Origin: an uncultured Planctomycetaceae bacterium
GTDB lineage: Bacteria; Planctomycetota; Planctomycetia; Pirellulales; PALSA-1355
Length of the DNA: 64,000 nucleotides
Assembly (NCBI GenBank): GCA_963785305.1
Contig: CAWAUV010000007.1
Span: forward strand, 1,888,001-1,952,000
Direction: 5' to 3'
Below the pieces are notes generated by a model. That model made no database searches. It was not told the DNA's origin and saw only the letters and a program-made list of their open reading frames with translations. Position 1 is the stretch's first letter. Each line of letters starts with the position of its first letter. Positions 20,887-32,360 of this stretch are shown here, piece by piece. The translations under genes were made by a program, and so were the position numbers.

Positions 20887-22591
20887 ATGCAGTTCCCGGA
20901 TACCCCGCGGATCCTCGGCGAAGCTTTGCCGCACGGAACACAAGCGGTGTCGGGCGGCGGCGGCGCTTCGGCCGAACGTCGCCAAATGGTTTGGCCGCGC
21001 ATGTCGGCGCTGTTCGCATTTCTGGCGTTTGCGTTCCTGTCGTGGTTTTTGTTCACGGTCAATTATATCGCCGACGATTGCTATTTTTATTTGGTCATCG
21101 CGAGAAATCTGGCGACGACGGGCCAGCAGACTTTCTCTCGCGTGTTTCCCACGAATGGCTTTCATCCGCTCTGGGAGTATCTGTTAGCCGCCTACACATG
21201 GATCGTATATCGACTTCGGCCCGAATGGATCAATGATGTGCGTTATGCCGTGCCGCTATCGGCCGGCTGCGTGATGTTGGGCGCTTGGCAGCTATCCGTG
21301 GTGTGTCGGCAGTCGCGATTGAGCATGGTGGGATTGGTCTATGTTCCCACGTGCTTCGTGACGATGTTTGGGATGCTTTATTCCGAGGCCGGCGCAGTTC
21401 GCGGCGGTCGCGGTGCTTATGCGAATTTCGCTGGCGGGACCGATCAATCGCCCGCTGGGCCCGCTGTGGTGTGGGCTCGCCGCGGGGGCGGTGTTCTTGT
21501 CGCGGCTCGATACGATCATGTTCGTGGGCCTGTATTCCTTGTGGTTCTTGTTCGTGAAGCGATGCGCGAGGGATGCGCTGATTTTCGCGGCCGCCTTGCT
21601 GGCGTTCGTGGCGCCTTATCTTGTCAGTAACATGGTTTGGTTTGGCGGTCTCATGCCCGTGAGCGGCTGGATGAAGTCGAGCTTTCCGCACATTGTCGCC
21701 AAGGGATTCGGCAACGCCGGCCTGGCAAAATCCCTATGGGGCTGCAACATCGCATTCAGCCTCATGCCGACGGCTCTCGCGGCGCCCGCATTGGTCTGGG
21801 CTCGCCGCACGAGCGCCGAAAGCCGACATTTCGCGGTAGCGCTCTGGGGCGGTTGCGCGTTGCAGCTTGGCTATTTGGCCCTGTTCACCCGTTCGCACAC
21901 CGAGTGGTATTGGTACAGCGTGCTGCCCATGATGCTGGGTGGCCTGACGACGTCGATCGTGTTGCGGGAGATTTCGGAACGCTGGCTGCTCGGACGTCCG
22001 TCGGCCCCAATGCTGGCGGTGGCGTCGCGAGTCGGGCTCGCGCTGCTGGCGGTCGCTTGGATCGCGACCACGGTTCGCATGCGATGGCATCACGAGCCGT
22101 TGCCACTCAAGTTTCGCGCGGAACTCGACTACATGGCGGAGCATCGGGTCGAAGGAGCATCGGTGCTCGTGGGAGATTTTCCTGGATATTTGGCGTTCTT
22201 GTCGACCAACAACTGCATCGTGGCCGCCGATCTATTGACCGGTAGCCGTCCCTTCTACGAAGCCATGCGCGGTCATTCCAACGCGCTCGAATTCATGCGA
22301 GACTATTGTCGGCAGCAGGGGCTACCCTTGCGAATGATTGTCTTTTTGCGGGCCGATCGATGGCTCGTGCCCGACGAAGACCTGCGCGCGGTGACCTACA
22401 ACGACCCTCGAACCTATCCACGGCTCACGCCAATCGGCCGGCTGAGCTTTCCGAACGGGCCAGCCAAAACACTCTGGGTTGATGGCGAGTTGATGCTCGC
22501 GATCTGGGACTTGCAAGATCAGCCCTCGGCGGACGACACGACCGAACGTCGAGGTGAGGAGCCGAAGCATTCGGCGCGAGCCGGGCCATGA
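20887..22591 (+). CDS. Polytopic membrane protein, possibly GT-C glycosyltransferase-like (frameshift near 21390)
   Basis: DDCYFYLVIARN and TNGFHPLW after the first TM helix, LSRLD motif, many TM segments across two frames. Confidence 0.6.
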
Positions 22592-22846
22592 GATCGGCGG
22601 GCTCGCCCGGCTCGTGATGCCTGGGGTGGGCGGCGACGGCGCTCTCAATCCACCGCGCTCTCTCGCGAGCTCGAGCAATCCGACGCCCGCCGCGAGCGCA
22701 TCGTCGCATCGTTCGACGAAATCGCGAGCGGCTTTGCCGGCGCAAAAAGCGGAGGGCAAGCACATCGCTTGCCCTCCGCAGTGGTCATTCAGGGAACTTC
22801 AACCCTTGGCGTCGACGATCTCCGCCGCCGACTCGTTTTGCAAGCA

Positions 22847-23875
22847 TCAGGCCGGGCGGGCGTTGCGGGGAATTTCGTGGACCACATTCCACACGATGCC
22901 CAGCTTTTCGAGCAGGCAGATCGTGCGATAGGTCAGATCGAATTCCCACCACTTGTGGCCGTGCTTGGCCATGCGCTGGAAGGCGTGATGGTTGTTGTGC
23001 CAGCCTTCGCCGAAAGCCAACAGGCCGACCCACCAGAGGTTGCGGCTATCGTCGGAGGTTTCGTAGTTGCGATAGCCCCAGATATGGCTGGCCGAATTGA
23101 CGAACCAAGTCACATGCAGCACATACATGAACCGCATCGACATGCCCCAGAGCAAGAACGACACGCCGGTTTGCCAGTCCCAGCCCAAGTAGCCCCAGGT
23201 GAACAGCAACACGCCGCTGGCCAAGTGGATCGGCAGAAACAGATAATGCAGCACCCGAAACACGGGGTCTTTGGCCATGTCGGGAGCAAATCGCTCCTCG
23301 AGCGCTTGGCAATGGTCGCGGCCCATGTCGGGAATCACCCACAGCACATGGCTCCACCACTTGCCATCGCGCGGGCTATGGGGATCGCCTTCTTTATCGC
23401 TGTATAAATGGTGCTTGCGGTGGTTGGCCACCCAGGTGATCGCCGAGCCCTCGCCCGAAAGCCCGCCGACGAACGCCAAAAACCAGCGAACCGGCCGATA
23501 GGTGGTGAAGCTGCCATGCGTGAGCGCCCGATGGTAGCCCAGGCACACGCCGATCGAGCCGGTGAACCAGCAAAGAAACACGCAGATGGCCAACGCCTTC
23601 CAGGTGAAGAAAAACGGCGCCGCCAACACGCTGGCGTGGATCAGCACCAGCCACACCGTGACCGGCCAGTCGATGCCTTCGTTCCAGCGTCGCTCGCGGG
23701 AAATGCGGCCGGCGGTCGTGTCGGCGGCGATCACCGCCGCTTGGTGGCCTTGCGCCTTGAGCCGATTCTTGGTCGCGCGCTGCTTCTTGCCGCTCTTGCG
23801 AGCCTGTTTCTTTTTGCCTTTGCTCGAAGGCGAGGCCGGTTCGCGTTCGATGAGGGCTTCTTCGGGAGGTGTCAT
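22847..23875 (-). CDS. Membrane fatty acid (acyl-CoA, delta-9 type) desaturase
   Basis: His boxes GYHRALTH, HRKHH and GEGWHNNHH; GDPHSP. Confidence 0.93.
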   Translation of the reverse strand: MTPPEEALIEREPASPSSKGKKKQARKSGKKQRATKNRLKAQGHQAAVIAADTTAGRISRERRWNEGIDWPVTVWLVLIHASVLAAPFFFTWKALAICVFLCWFTGSIGVCLGYHRALTHGSFTTYRPVRWFLAFVGGLSGEGSAITWVANHRKHHLYSDKEGDPHSPRDGKWWSHVLWVIPDMGRDHCQALEERFAPDMAKDPVFRVLHYLFLPIHLASGVLLFTWGYLGWDWQTGVSFLLWGMSMRFMYVLHVTWFVNSASHIWGYRNYETSDDSRNLWWVGLLAFGEGWHNNHHAFQRMAKHGHKWWEFDLTYRTICLLEKLGIVWNVVHEIPRNARPA

Positions 23876-24254
23876 AAAAGGTTCCGCCGCTCCATAGCAG
23901 GAAAGAGATTCGGGTCAACGTCACACGGCAAACGCCTGACCGATCGCGCGGCGCCGGGCGCCGCTTGCCGACAACGCAAACGCACGCAGCCCGCTACCGG
24001 TCAACGTCGACGAAATTCTATCGCCGCTCCGCATCGCATGTGTCAGCGGCGCGTCGAACCTATGTAAAAAAGGGGTAAAACTCGCCGAGAGCGAGTGGCA
24101 CTGCCGGCAGCGATCGCCATAAGTCGTTGCTAGCAAGAAGCTTGCGGAAAATGTCGGCGTCGTGAAAAGGGCGGAAACCTGGCCCGCCTCGTGGGTTCCC
24201 ACGGCTTTTTCCGCAAACGCGCGCGGCGACCGAGACACGCGCCGCGACCATCGT

Positions 24255-26485
24255 TTAGAGCCGGTCGAGCGTGTCGATCCAGCGAGCCAACTCGACCAGC
24301 TCGGTCGGCGTGAGATAGCGGCCCTGGGCTCCAACCTCGACCACGCTCACCGGAAACTTCCGCTCGCGGAGCGCGTGAATTCCGGCGTCGAGCTGCCCGG
24401 TGAAGGGCGCCTTCGAGGCACGGGTCATGAAAAACGCCAAGGGACGCACGGGATCGGCGTCGGGCGGATCGATCGTGGCCGGCAACGGCGCATCGACCAC
24501 CGCCACGCCACGCACCAGATCGCGATTGGCCAGGGCCACGAGATAGGCTAGCGAACCGCCGCCCTCTTGGCCATGCACCACGAATCGAGCCGGATCAATC
24601 CGATACTGCTTGGCGACTTCGCCCACGAGGCGGCGAATCACTTTGGCTTCCGTCGGTTGCCAGCGCGCCGGATCGGCCGAGCGCGGCGCGAGCAAGATCA
24701 GATCGTGCGCCAAGCACAACGCTCGCCAGCGGTCGACGAGCTCCGCGTCTTGAAGTCGCTCCGATCCGTGCAGCCAGATCACAAGGCCATGGGCCACGGC
24801 CGGATTGTAGGTTTCTGGAACATAGGCGATGCACTTGTTCTCGAACTCGGGCAGCTTGATCGGCACGATACCCACGGCCGGTCGATCTTCGCCCGCGGCG
24901 CTCGGGGCGGCGGCATGCGCCGGCGGCAAGGCGCCCGGCAGCGATTCGGGCAGGTGGGCCAGCGAGACTTTTGCCTCGCGCTTGGCGCCATCGTGTTCGA
25001 ACTCGAGCGAGGCCAATTCGCCAGGCGCTTGTTCGCACAACTTCTCGGCCAGCTCGGCGGCCGACGCCACGGCGGCGCCCGCGAACGAAACGACGCGGTC
25101 GCCCGGCGCGATTCCCGCCTCGGCGGCCGGACTGCCGGGATACACATATCGCACGATCACCGGCTCCTTTTTCGCCGCTGGCCGCGCGGGACCCGACGAC
25201 CCACCGGCCGCGCCATCTTCGGGCGCGTCGCCTTCGGGGGTGTCGCTTTTGGGTGGCTTCTCTTCGTGCTTGTCGGGCGGTTGTTCCTTGGCTCCTTCGG
25301 CCGCGGGAGCGGCGTCGGGCGCTTCGGCGTCGCTCGATTCGCGCTCGAGAGGCCGCATCGGCAAGATTCCCAAAAACGGCCGGTCAAACGGCGGGAGCTT
25401 GTCGGCGAGCTCGATCTCGAAATCGAGCCGCTCCTTGCCCCTCGTCGCCACGAGCTTCACCCGGTCGCCCGCATAGAGCCCGCCGAGCGCCATTTTGAGC
25501 TGGGCAATTCGCGTGACCGGATGGCCCGCGGCTTCGATAATCCGATCGCCCACGCGCAAACCGGCTTTGAAGGCGGGCGAATTCGGGCGGCAGGCGCCGA
25601 GAATCGCCGGCTCCGCGAAAATATCATTGCTCTTGAGACTGATGCCGAGCACGCCCGGCCGCAGATCGTGGCCCGCCTCCAATCGCGGCGCCACCTTGAG
25701 CACATGCTCCAGCGGAATCGCGAAGCCGATGCCCGAGTCGTACCAATCGACTCCGGCGACTTCGCTGCCGGCGTCCGGGGCGAGCGGCGAAAGCACCCCG
25801 AGCACGCGTCCGCGAATGTCGACCAGCGGGCCGCCGTAGTTGCTGGGCGAAATCTTGGCGTCGGTTTGAATCGCCTTGCTCCAGATGCGCTCGACCGCGC
25901 TGACGATGCCCACCGAGATGCTCGGCCGATCGCCATCGAATGTTCTTCCCAGCGCGATCGCCCATTGACCCACTTGAATCTGATCGGCCGGCGCCGCCTC
26001 GGGCACGGTGAGCGGCGAGGGCGGTTCGACCTTGAGCAGCACCAGCTTGCGGTCGTGATCCGTGGCCACGAGCTTGGCCGCGGTCCGAGCGCCGCCGGCA
26101 AGCGTGACCAAAATCGAATCGGGTTTCTGGGCGAAGTTGAACGCGCTCGAAACAATGTAGCCATCGGCCGAGATTATGAGCCCGGTGGTCGATCCCGATC
26201 CGAGCAAGACATTTCCCACGCGCTCGAGCCCGCCGACGGTTTCGATTCTGACAACCGACGGCGCCACGCGGGCCACGGCCGCCTTGATCGCGTCTTCTTC
26301 GAGCGCGGCCAGCGATTCACCGGCCCGCGCGAATTGAGCGGTCAAGAGCAACGCGCCCGCGAGAAAGCCGCAAATACTCCAGAAGCCGCATGGAAAACGC
26401 GGCAGCCAAGCGCAACTCCGGCGCGAACAACGCCCCCCCGAAGGAAACGAACACGCGGCGATCGGCCGCGCGGGAACATCTTCAT
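24255..26485 (-). CDS. HtrA-like trypsin/PDZ protein with C-terminal alpha/beta-hydrolase-like domain (catalytic residues absent; 5' frameshift)
   Basis: GQWAIALG, IQTDAKISPSNYGGPL, two PDZ domains, LVIWLHG...VHGQEGGG. ATGA overlap with the upstream gene. Confidence 0.82.
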
Positions 26486-27588
26486 GGCTGGTCTTTCGTG
26501 GGCTCGGGCACGGCGCCGGGCTTGAGCGACGCTTCGATCAACTCTTGCCCGCGCATCACGACGAGCTTGATTTCACTATCGGAGTCGAGCCGGGCGAGCT
26601 CCTCGGCAAGCTGCTTGCACGACTGCACCAGTCGCTCGCCGACAAACACGACCAGATCGTCGGCCCGGAGACGGGCCAAGTCGGCTGGCGAGCCGGGTCG
26701 CACCTCGTCGACAAAGGGCGGAGTGCGTTCGAGAATGTCGGGCACCAGCACCAAGCCGAGGGCGGCAAGGCTCGCGCCGCCACCGGCGGGCGGCGGGGTG
26801 TCGGGCCGGTCCGCGGGCCGCGGCTTGCCGGCGATGATCTGCTCGACACTCGCCGCGATCTGGCTCGCGGGCAGGGCATAGTTGAGCCAAGTGTGATTGT
26901 GGGCGTTGCGCAGCTCCTTGCCGAGCATGCCGAGGAGCTCGCCGCGCAGGTTCGTCGAGCGCGCCACCGGCGGCGCCAGGATTGTTGGTAATCGCGTCGA
27001 TCACGTAGACGGCGCCATGATAGGGAGTGACAAAGGCGCCGCGACGCGCGTCGAGCCGGGTTTGGGCGGCGATCACTCCATGTTGCACGCTGGCCGCTTC
27101 ATCGCCCACGGCCACGCCGAACAAATTGCTGAAAGCCAGCACCCGACTGCCCGGATCGGCCGCGGGGCTGGTCGAGAGATCGAAAAATGGAAGCGGTCCA
27201 TGCGCGTCGATCTTGATCACGGCGAGCTCCATCGCCGGGTTGCCACCCACGAGCTTGCCTTCGAACTTGCGGCCATCGTTGAGGGTGACGCTCAAGTAGT
27301 CGGTATCGAGCACATAGCTCCAGACCGTGAGCACATGGCCTTCGGCCGACACCAAGAAGCCGCTCTGATAGGGCTCGAGCCCGGCGACTCCACCCGCGCC
27401 GTGGATTTTGACCATCTTCGGCTGCGCCACGGCAATGGCGGCGGAAAACGGCGAGCTGCTCTCGATCGGCAGGCGGTCGTGCGCCGGGGCGCGGGCGCGG
27501 CGCTGGCATGCGACACCATCGCCGCAATCGCCAACGGGCATGCGAAGGACCAATATTTGACGCGGTTCGATCGCTTGAAGTGCATCAT
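26482..27588 (-). CDS. HtrA-like trypsin/PDZ protein, triad degenerate (frameshifted)
   Basis: YQSGFLVSAEGHVLTV, DAITNNPGAAGGAL, C-terminal PDZ in the 26482..26967 frame. Confidence 0.8.
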
Positions 27589-27659
27589 TTCGGACCGCCC
27601 TACCCCTTCCTTAAAGTGTGCGATTCAATCGCTCTCCGACTGTCTCCCGCGGAACGCTC

Positions 27660-29736
27660 CTAGGGCGCGGCGCCCTTTTCACCCGCGGTCGGCGCGGGCA
27701 GAGCGGCGGCCGGCTTGTCGACCGGTTTCTCGATCTGGGCGCTCGACTCGAACCGTCGCACATCAAATATATGATACACTCCGTCGCCATAGCGCACCTC
27801 GAATCGGCTGGGCAATAGCCGGCCCTGATGTTCTCGATAATCCTGAAAATACACTTCGCACGGGTCCGATTGTTCGTCGGGAAACATTTCGAGGGCCGCG
27901 AGCTGGCCCGAGCCGGGATCGAACACGAAACGGCAGTCGACCGCTTTGAAAGTCGCCGACGAGCACATCATGCAGCGGGCCGCGTCCCAAGAGTGGCTCC
28001 GAGCCGGCATAGCGGGTTTGGCCGAAATGGCTCGGACCGCCGACAAGCATTCGCCGCCAAAGCCAAAGCGTGGTGAGCAGGCCGCCGCTTTCGGGGGGCG
28101 CGAGCGACTTCGAGAGATTCGGGGTGTCGGCGTTGAGCGCGAGCTCGCCGCCGGGCATTTGGATCGTGGCCTGATGATCGTCGAGCGTGATTTGCCACTC
28201 GCCACCTTCGGCCAACTCGCCGCCTAGCGTCCATTTGCCGCCCGCCGTGGTGAAGTCGCCGCCCGACATCGCCGCTTTCCAAACCCGGTCTTGATTGAGC
28301 TGGTTGAAGAAATAGTTCACGTAGCCGGCCTTGGCCGTGAAGCGCTGCTTGACGATTTCCGGCAGCGGCGCCTTCGGCCGCGCATGCCGCGCGTGGGCCG
28401 GCTTCGGTTGGCCCGGCGCCGGCTGCTCCGGCTTCTTCGAGCGCGGTTTCTTGCCGGGCGCCGGTTGCTCGGGATTGGGTTCGATCTTGTGTTCCCCGGC
28501 GATCAGCGATTCGAGTTCCGCCGCGCGATGCACGCCCGAGAGCCGAACGAGAATATGCACCGGCTCGGCGGCGACGCCTTTATCGGCGGCGTTTTTCTCG
28601 GGAACACGGCGGTACGTGAGCGGCACTCGCCAGCCCTTGGGAAAAATGCCCAGCACATTTTTCAGCGCGTTGGCGCTTGTGATCGGGCGACCGCCGAACT
28701 CCAGGATTTCATCGCCATAGCGCAGCCCGCGACGGAAGGCGTCGGAAGCCTCGAGAATATCATCGACCAGCACGCGGCCGTCGGAGTTCGTGGCCACGCT
28801 GGCTCCCAGGGTCGCGTGGTCGACGACCCGGCCGGTCTTGAGTTGGCCGAGAAAGTTCTTGATCTGATTGATCGAGATCGCATAACCGACGCCCACATTC
28901 ACCCGCCCGCGCTTCTCGAACGAGCCGCGGCCGTTGATGCCGATCAGGCGACCTTCGGCGTCGAATAGTGGACCGCCGGAATTGCCGGGATTAATCGCCG
29001 CGTCGGCCTGGAGGCAATCGGTGTATTCCAAAAGCGTGCCCGCGGGGAATTGGTAGCGATGCACACCCGAGATCACGCCAAACGTGACCGTGGGTTTGAA
29101 GTCGGTGGCCAACAGAAACGGATTCCCGATGGCGAAGCACCAGTCGCCCACTCGCACCTGATCGCTATCGGCGAGTTCGGCGTGGGGAAAGTCGTCGCGG
29201 CCGAGCAGTTGCAACAGCGCGGCGTCGCCCGTGGGATCGACGCCCACGATCACGGCGTCGTAGAGCCGGCCATCGGAGAGGCCGCATTTCATGGCTTCGC
29301 CGGCTTCGCTCGTGACGTGGAAGTTGCTCACGGCATAACCATCGGCCGACACGAGCACCGCCGAGCCGCCACCCTGCCCGCCAGGCGCCATGACCGCCAC
29401 CGCCGCGGCGCTCGCCCGAGCGACCACGGCCACGCGGTCGTGTTCGGCCTCGAGCACGGCCGGATCGACCTCGGCGGCGCGGAGCGAGCTTGCCGCGACC
29501 GCGCAAGCCAACGCCGCCACGGCGCCCAACCTTGCAAAGCTGACGAGCGGGCGCGAGAACGGGCGCCCGGCGAGCGGTTCCTCCGCCCCGAGACGCGGTT
29601 CCTCCGCCCCGAGACGCGGTTCCTCCGCCCAGCGACGCGGTTCCTCCGCCCAGCGACGCGGTTTCTCCGCCAGCAAATCAGGCAATGAGGCCTCGCCTTC
29701 GGACACGCACGATCTTCCAAGACGGGTGTCAATCAT
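27660..29736 (-). CDS. HtrA-like serine protease with intact His-Asp-Ser triad and PDZ (frameshifted)
   Basis: VSNFHV, GDAALL, DAAINPGNSGGPL. Confidence 0.85.
29574..29671. repeat. 21-bp tandem repeat, about 4.7 copies, in the protease N-terminus
   Basis: GCGGTTCCTCCGCCCCGAGAC x2, GCGGTTCCTCCGCCCAGCGAC x2 and a partial copy; encodes (RW/LG)AEEPR. Confidence 0.9.
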
Positions 29737-31114
29737 TTGGTCACCTTGGCTTCGCAAAAATCCACGAAGTCGCCTATATCTAAATCCTCGCCGAAGTCGA
29801 CGATTATTTCCAGTCGTTTGACGCCCGCAATCTCGACGCTCACCGGCCGCGGTTCGCCGCCACCGCGGACATCGCCCTGCCAGAGCGATTTTCCGTCGCC
29901 GCGAATCTCGATTGCGGCGGCGCCGCTTTCGCCCGCCGAGTCGTCGATGCCCACCAGGGTCTCGAATCGTTGAAATGCCCCCGGCAAACGATATGCCACC
30001 ACTCCGCGGCTATGAAGCGAAAGCCCCTTGCGATAGCTCTTGCCGCCCACGCGGAGCTGCCCGGGCCGCGGCCCTCGGTCTCGCCGCATGCGGAAAAAGG
30101 CGTTCCACGACTCGATCGGCTCCTTGGGAGCAAAATAAGGAGTGTACTCCGACGCCACCGGCGCCAAGTCGCTCAAAAAACGGACTTTGCCCGCTGAAAA
30201 ATCTAGCTCGCGCACCTCGCTCAAAGGGCCATCCCAGCCGACGCCCGCTGGCGATGTGAGCCGGATTTGGCCATCGGCGAGGCTGATTTTGCGAGCCGAT
30301 AATCGGGTTCCATCGCCGAGCGTCACTTCGCAAATCGGCTCCTCGAGCGGGGCGCCGGCGGCGTGGTAGTAGACAAGACCCTCGATTTTCGCCCGCTTCA
30401 CCGCGAGGCTTTCCTTGTCGACCATGAATTTGAGTTCGTCGGGCCCCAGGTCGCCGAGCACGCCTTCGAGATAGTCGAGAGCGCCTTTTTTTCGCACCAC
30501 AAGCGTGTCGGAGGCGGTTTTGGCGGCGAGTGCTTCTTCCCACTGCTTGTCGGCGCCCTCGGCCGGGTCGGCATTGATGAAACGAATCCAGCGCAGCGAT
30601 CGAGTGGGCGCCGTGATTGCGCCGCCGCCGGCGAGCGTCACTTGGGCGCTGCCGCGGGCGATCGATACATCGGCGGCGGCGAGCAGCGAGTGGTCGGTGA
30701 GCTCGACCATCATGCGCGGCTTCGTCGCGGGCGGGGCGGCGCTTCCGCCGGCGCCGAGCGACACCGAGAGCAGCTTCTTGAGCGGCGCCTGCACGGTCTT
30801 GTCGCCCACTCGCACCGCAATTCCTTCCTCGGACAAACCAACGAGCTCGCCGCGAATGGATTCGTGGTCGGTGGTTTCGAAGTCGACGCTGGCCGGCGAC
30901 GCCGCGGGAGTTGTCGTGATTTCGGTCGGCGGCACGACAGACGCGGCGACGGCGGGCGGCGCGGCGCGGGGTCGTCGGCCCGAAGGTTGCCCGGCGGCGC
31001 GGCCCAGGTCACGCACATGATCCCCAGCGCCGCGATGCTCGCGCGCGAAGCGACGGCGCGGCGCTCGTTCGCGACGAAAAGTACTTTCACTTGGTTCTGC
31101 ATTCGCGGGCTCAT
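29733..31114 (-). CDS. NPCBM/NEW2 domain-containing secreted protein (5' frameshift)
   Basis: C-terminal FLSDL...YRKGLSLHS...FETLVGIDD...GVKRLEIIVDFG. Confidence 0.8.
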
Positions 31115-31165
31115 GACGAAAAAATTGGCAAGTTCAAAATCCGGGCAACGCCTCGCACGAGCCCA

Positions 31166-32360
31166 TTACGGCTCGCTCGGTTCGCCCTCGCTGGCGAGCT
31201 TGCGGAAGTATTGCTCGATCAGGTCGCGGTAATGGGCCGGATAGTCCTTGCCGATCTGCTGCAGGGCTTCTTGCCGCTGCTTGGGCGGAAGATCGCCCCA
31301 GCCCGAGCCGGCGCCCAGCGGCTTTTTATCCACCTGGCCGGGACCTTTGCCGCCCAGGATGCGGCTATCGGGCGCCGGGCTCGATGACCGAATGTTGCCC
31401 GCCCCGCCGGCTGCCATCGCCTTTTGCTGCTGCTTTTCCATTTCTTCGATCATCTTGTCGAGGGACCGGATCACGCCGTCTTCCACATCGCGCACCTTGG
31501 GCCCGGCGCAGTCCGAGATCGAGCCGCCGTTCGATGTCTTGCATCCGTCGGGCAATATGGTCCAGCGATTCTTCTTCCAGGCCCTTGAGATCGGCCAGCA
31601 TCAGCCGGGCGAGCGATATGTAGCGGCGCGGGGCGTCGTCGGGCCGTTCCAGGAGCCGCTTGATCGTGGCGACCGCCGCGTCGGGCTTGAGCAGATGATG
31701 ATAGGCCACGCTCTGATAGAACAGCAGCCCCGCGGGATCGACCACATCTTCGGGCTTGAGGCCCTCGAGCTGGGCAAACGCCTCTTCATACATGCGTTCG
31801 TGCGCGAGCCAGCGGCCCTGGAGCAGCCGCAGGTTCGAGCGCTCGAAGGCCGGCGTCGTGTCGGCGCTGAGCCAAACGAACTCGGGAGCGGCGAAGGTGG
31901 CCCGCTCTTTCCGGCAAAGATCGATCAATTCGCGCGTGCGCGGGTCGACCAGCGCGCAGGTGGCGGCCACGCGCACCAGCAGCGCTTCGCCCGAAAGCAC
32001 GGGACTCTCCGGTCCCTCCGGCGGCCAGAGCGCTTCGGCGGCGCGGCGGGTCGCGTCGTCGGGCTTTTGGACATCGAGCCAGGCGAGCACTTGAGCGCGA
32101 ACGGCTTCGGCCGTGGGCGGAGTCCAAGTGGCTTGCTGGGCGAAGGCGTCGGCCGCGGCGGGCGCGGTTTGGCTTTCCGGTTCGGCGGCCGGCTTGGGTT
32201 CGGCGGCCGGCTTGGGTTCGGCGGGTTGCTGGGGCGCGGGCGGCTCGGTCGAGGGTTCGGTCTCGGCCAGGACCGGGCCCGCGGCGCGCAGCGCGATCAG
32301 AGCGCAGAGCGCCAGTGCGCTTTGAATCGCAAGGCCCCTGGGTCGGAAAGCGATCGTCAT
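31166..32360 (-). CDS. Secreted hypothetical protein (frameshift near 31510)
   Basis: Signal peptide; ends WGDLPPKQRQEALQQIGKDYPAHYRDLIEQYFRKLA. Confidence 0.75.
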
